Shown here: positions 62,141-64,000 of the stretch, one piece after another
How the letters are laid out: every line of letters begins with the position of its first letter
How positions within the stretch are numbered: the first letter of the stretch is position 1
Source: a virus
Taxonomy: Duplodnaviria; Caudoviricetes
Virus record (IMG/VR): IMGVR_UViG_3300009031_000221
Coordinates: 448,001 to 512,000 of that record
DNA length: 64,000 nt
Strand: one strand, 5' to 3'
Made by a program: the position numbers and the translations under genes
Notes under the pieces: generated by a model
The model's input: only the letters and a program-made list of their open reading frames with translations
The model's database searches: none
What the model was told of the DNA's origin: nothing

Positions 62141-62867
62141 CGATGATCAAGCTCTGGTTGAAGTCCGTGTCTTCCCGAGGATAGCCCAAAGGATTGCACA
62201 CGACCCGCGTGGCGTTGCCCGAACCCGTCAAGTAGTCACAGGGGCTATGCGTATGCCCGTGAATCCAGATTGCAGGCTCATGACGGTCAATCTCGGCATC
62301 CATTTCGCACACGAAGAACGCATTCAAGGCGCTACCCTTGTAGCGGGGATCCACCGACTGCTGCGACGGCAAGTGGTGCGTCACCACGATGTCTCCCGCT
62401 TCCATCCGCGAATCCAGGAAACGCCGTGAAGCCGAATTCGCATCATAGACCCAGGGCTTGAACCCCTTGATCAACTTGAAGTCCGCCAACTGATGTTCAT
62501 GCCAGAACGCCATGGGATTCTCGCGAAACCACAACGTGGCACCCAGGAACCGATGCCCCATGTGTTCCCACACTTCGTTCTCCAACCAATGCAGGTTCGG
62601 AATCAAAGCGTTGAACGACACTCGCATCGCTTCCACTTGATCAGGCGTGCTGTAGTACACGTCGTGGTTGCCATTGACCATGACAACCTGCGGATATTTC
62701 GCACAAATGCTTCGCAGCATCGTGCCGTATCCTTTATGACAGGCTTCCGCCAAATCCCCCGCGATGACCAGCACATCCACGTTCGTAGGATCCAGGCTTG
62801 CGATGAATGCAGCACCTTCATCCCTATGGAAGTCCAGGTGAAGGTCTGACAGGATTTGCATTCGCAT
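62133..62867 (-). CDS. Calcineurin-like metallophosphoesterase
   Basis: SDLHLD, AGDL, GNHD, THHLP, HGHTH. Confidence 0.92.
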   Translation of the reverse strand: MRMQILSDLHLDFHRDEGAAFIASLDPTNVDVLVIAGDLAEACHKGYGTMLRSICAKYPQVVMVNGNHDVYYSTPDQVEAMRVSFNALIPNLHWLENEVWEHMGHRFLGATLWFRENPMAFWHEHQLADFKLIKGFKPWVYDANSASRRFLDSRMEAGDIVVTHHLPSQQSVDPRYKGSALNAFFVCEMDAEIDRHEPAIWIHGHTHSPCDYLTGSGNATRVVCNPLGYPREDTDFNQSLIIDV

Positions 62868-62869
62868 GG

Positions 62870-63112
62870 CTACCGGCTCCTCTGATTGCGGTGCAATTGT
62901 ATCGCCTTCCTACCATCTGTCAACGCTTCTTCACGGGTGTTGAACGGCCCCGTCCAACCATCATCCGCACCCCACCAGTGCCCAGGAGATGAAGGAACCT
63001 TCACCTGGATACCAGAACGCTTCATCGCATCCACGTAGAACTGATCCACATAGATGACAGCGGGCTCCCGGCCCGTGAACCATTCAGCGATGCGATATGG
63101 TGTGTTCTTCAT
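62870..63112 (-). CDS. Hypothetical protein
   Basis: MKNTPY start behind class A promoter. Confidence 0.55.
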   Translation of the reverse strand: MKNTPYRIAEWFTGREPAVIYVDQFYVDAMKRSGIQVKVPSSPGHWWGADDGWTGPFNTREEALTDGRKAIQLHRNQRSR

Positions 63113-63145
63113 TTTCCATGACCCACAGGACATCCTGTGTGGTCT

Positions 63146-63172
63146 ATCTACGCTACTGAAGGAAGAAGTAAG
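63146..63172 (-). promoter_or_regulatory. Class A promoter motif
   Basis: Reverse CTTACT-N13-GCGTAGAT. Confidence 0.85.
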
Positions 63173-63179
63173 CCGAAGC

Positions 63180-63851
63180 CTAATCCATTGCACAATAGGT
63201 GTGATACTTGATGCCTTCTTTCTGCATGAGTTCCAAAATCTGATAGAACCGCAGATTCTGTACCTTCGCCATGTTGTCCTTGATCCAACGGTAGAACGCA
63301 GGGACAGATGCCTTCCCACCCTTTGCCGCGGGGATACATACTGGGAGGTTGTTCTTATCCATGCGATCCCGAATGACAAATGAATCATAGGTCGCTTCAA
63401 TGAATACATCCCCGGTACGAATCTCAATAGGTTCATATCCAGCGGGCATAACTGCGATACCCTTTTCCTGATGAACCTCAAGATCCAATCGTTCCCCCAA
63501 GGCCTTGGAACGACTTACAAGCTGTTGTGCCATCGCCAAAGCCGCATCATAACGCATGTTCTTCAAACGGAAACCGAACCTGATGATGTCATCGCCCAGA
63601 GCTTCATCCCGAACATCATCAATGTGGTATAGGGCGAATACATCAACGGTCTTGCCACGCTTACCGGCATTGGTCAGATCCCATACACGATAGGCTGTAC
63701 GGAAAGCATGGAACCGAATGTTTGGACCTTCAAAAGTATTCCCCGTCAATGCAGAATCTGCATGCTTGCGAAGCAATGGCACGAGATGCTTTCGCAATTC
63801 AGGGTTGCTATGTGCAAGTTTGGCAACACGATGATAGAGTTGATCAGGCAT
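63180..63851 (-). CDS. Class B protein with N-terminal LAHxxPxL tag
   Basis: MPDQLYHRVAKLAHSNPELRKHLVPLLRKHA. Confidence 0.8.
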   Translation of the reverse strand: MPDQLYHRVAKLAHSNPELRKHLVPLLRKHADSALTGNTFEGPNIRFHAFRTAYRVWDLTNAGKRGKTVDVFALYHIDDVRDEALGDDIIRFGFRLKNMRYDAALAMAQQLVSRSKALGERLDLEVHQEKGIAVMPAGYEPIEIRTGDVFIEATYDSFVIRDRMDKNNLPVCIPAAKGGKASVPAFYRWIKDNMAKVQNLRFYQILELMQKEGIKYHTYCAMD

Positions 63852-63890
63852 GTGTAGAGTCCTATGGGCAAAGTCCTATAGGTCATGCGC

Positions 63891-63906
63891 TATAGGATGG
63901 CTACCG
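63891..63906 (-). promoter_or_regulatory. Class B promoter motif
   Basis: CGGTAG-CCATC-CTATA. Confidence 0.7.
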
Positions 63907-63911
63907 CAAGG

Positions 63912-63938
63912 CTTACTTTTCGTCAGTTTAGCGTAGAT
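63912..63938 (+). promoter_or_regulatory. Class A promoter motif
   Basis: CTTACT-N13-GCGTAGAT; drives an ORF that runs off the window. Confidence 0.85.
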
Positions 63939-64000
63939 CCCTTGTGCCTCTATGAGGCCTTGGGAGTCATGATGTTGCTTGAAATGGGAATCGGGGATGC

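Noticed and set aside
1406-63938. Repeated motif as CRISPR repeats or integron attC sites
   Set aside because: Copies are dispersed with variable interiors, non-palindromic and strictly oriented toward downstream genes; no cas gene or integrase in the window
1-64000. Core virion, replication or phage-nucleus genes
   Set aside because: No MCP, terminase, portal, polymerase, tubulin or chimallin motifs recognised, so phage family and the identity of the transcribing polymerase cannot be determined here

Overview
The window looks like a segment of a large dsDNA phage genome. It has about 115 tightly packed, mostly small ORFs, free-standing homing endonucleases, PhoH, RtcB, an RNA ligase, HAD phosphatases, Tmk and tRNA genes, with no host housekeeping operons and no recognisable capsid or terminase genes. 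A Cys-rich secreted beta-barrel-like gene hints at a myxobacteria-like Gram-negative host (inference). Two promoter-like motifs organise it. Class A, CTTACT-N13-GCGTAGAT, occurs in 31 near-perfect copies and is probably early. Class B, CGGTAG-N5-YTATA, is probably late and precedes genes whose unrelated proteins share short RVAxR(W/Y/F) or LAHxxPxLxxHLxP peptide tags. These tagged proteins include a 2H phosphoesterase, a WGR protein, a Dps-like ferritin and a J-domain protein, suggesting a virion-cargo tagging system. Several class A promoters drive non-coding units: an approximately 58-nt RNA whose single-stranded 5' end is the anti-Shine-Dalgarno sequence ACCUCCUUA, an approximately 190-nt pseudoknotted RNA, a tRNA-His-like RNA with a 17-nt anticodon loop, and an AU-rich minigene RNA. 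There is also an ochre (UUA) suppressor-type tRNA and a 183-nt structured RNA. All family assignments come from motif recognition by eye; no database search was run.
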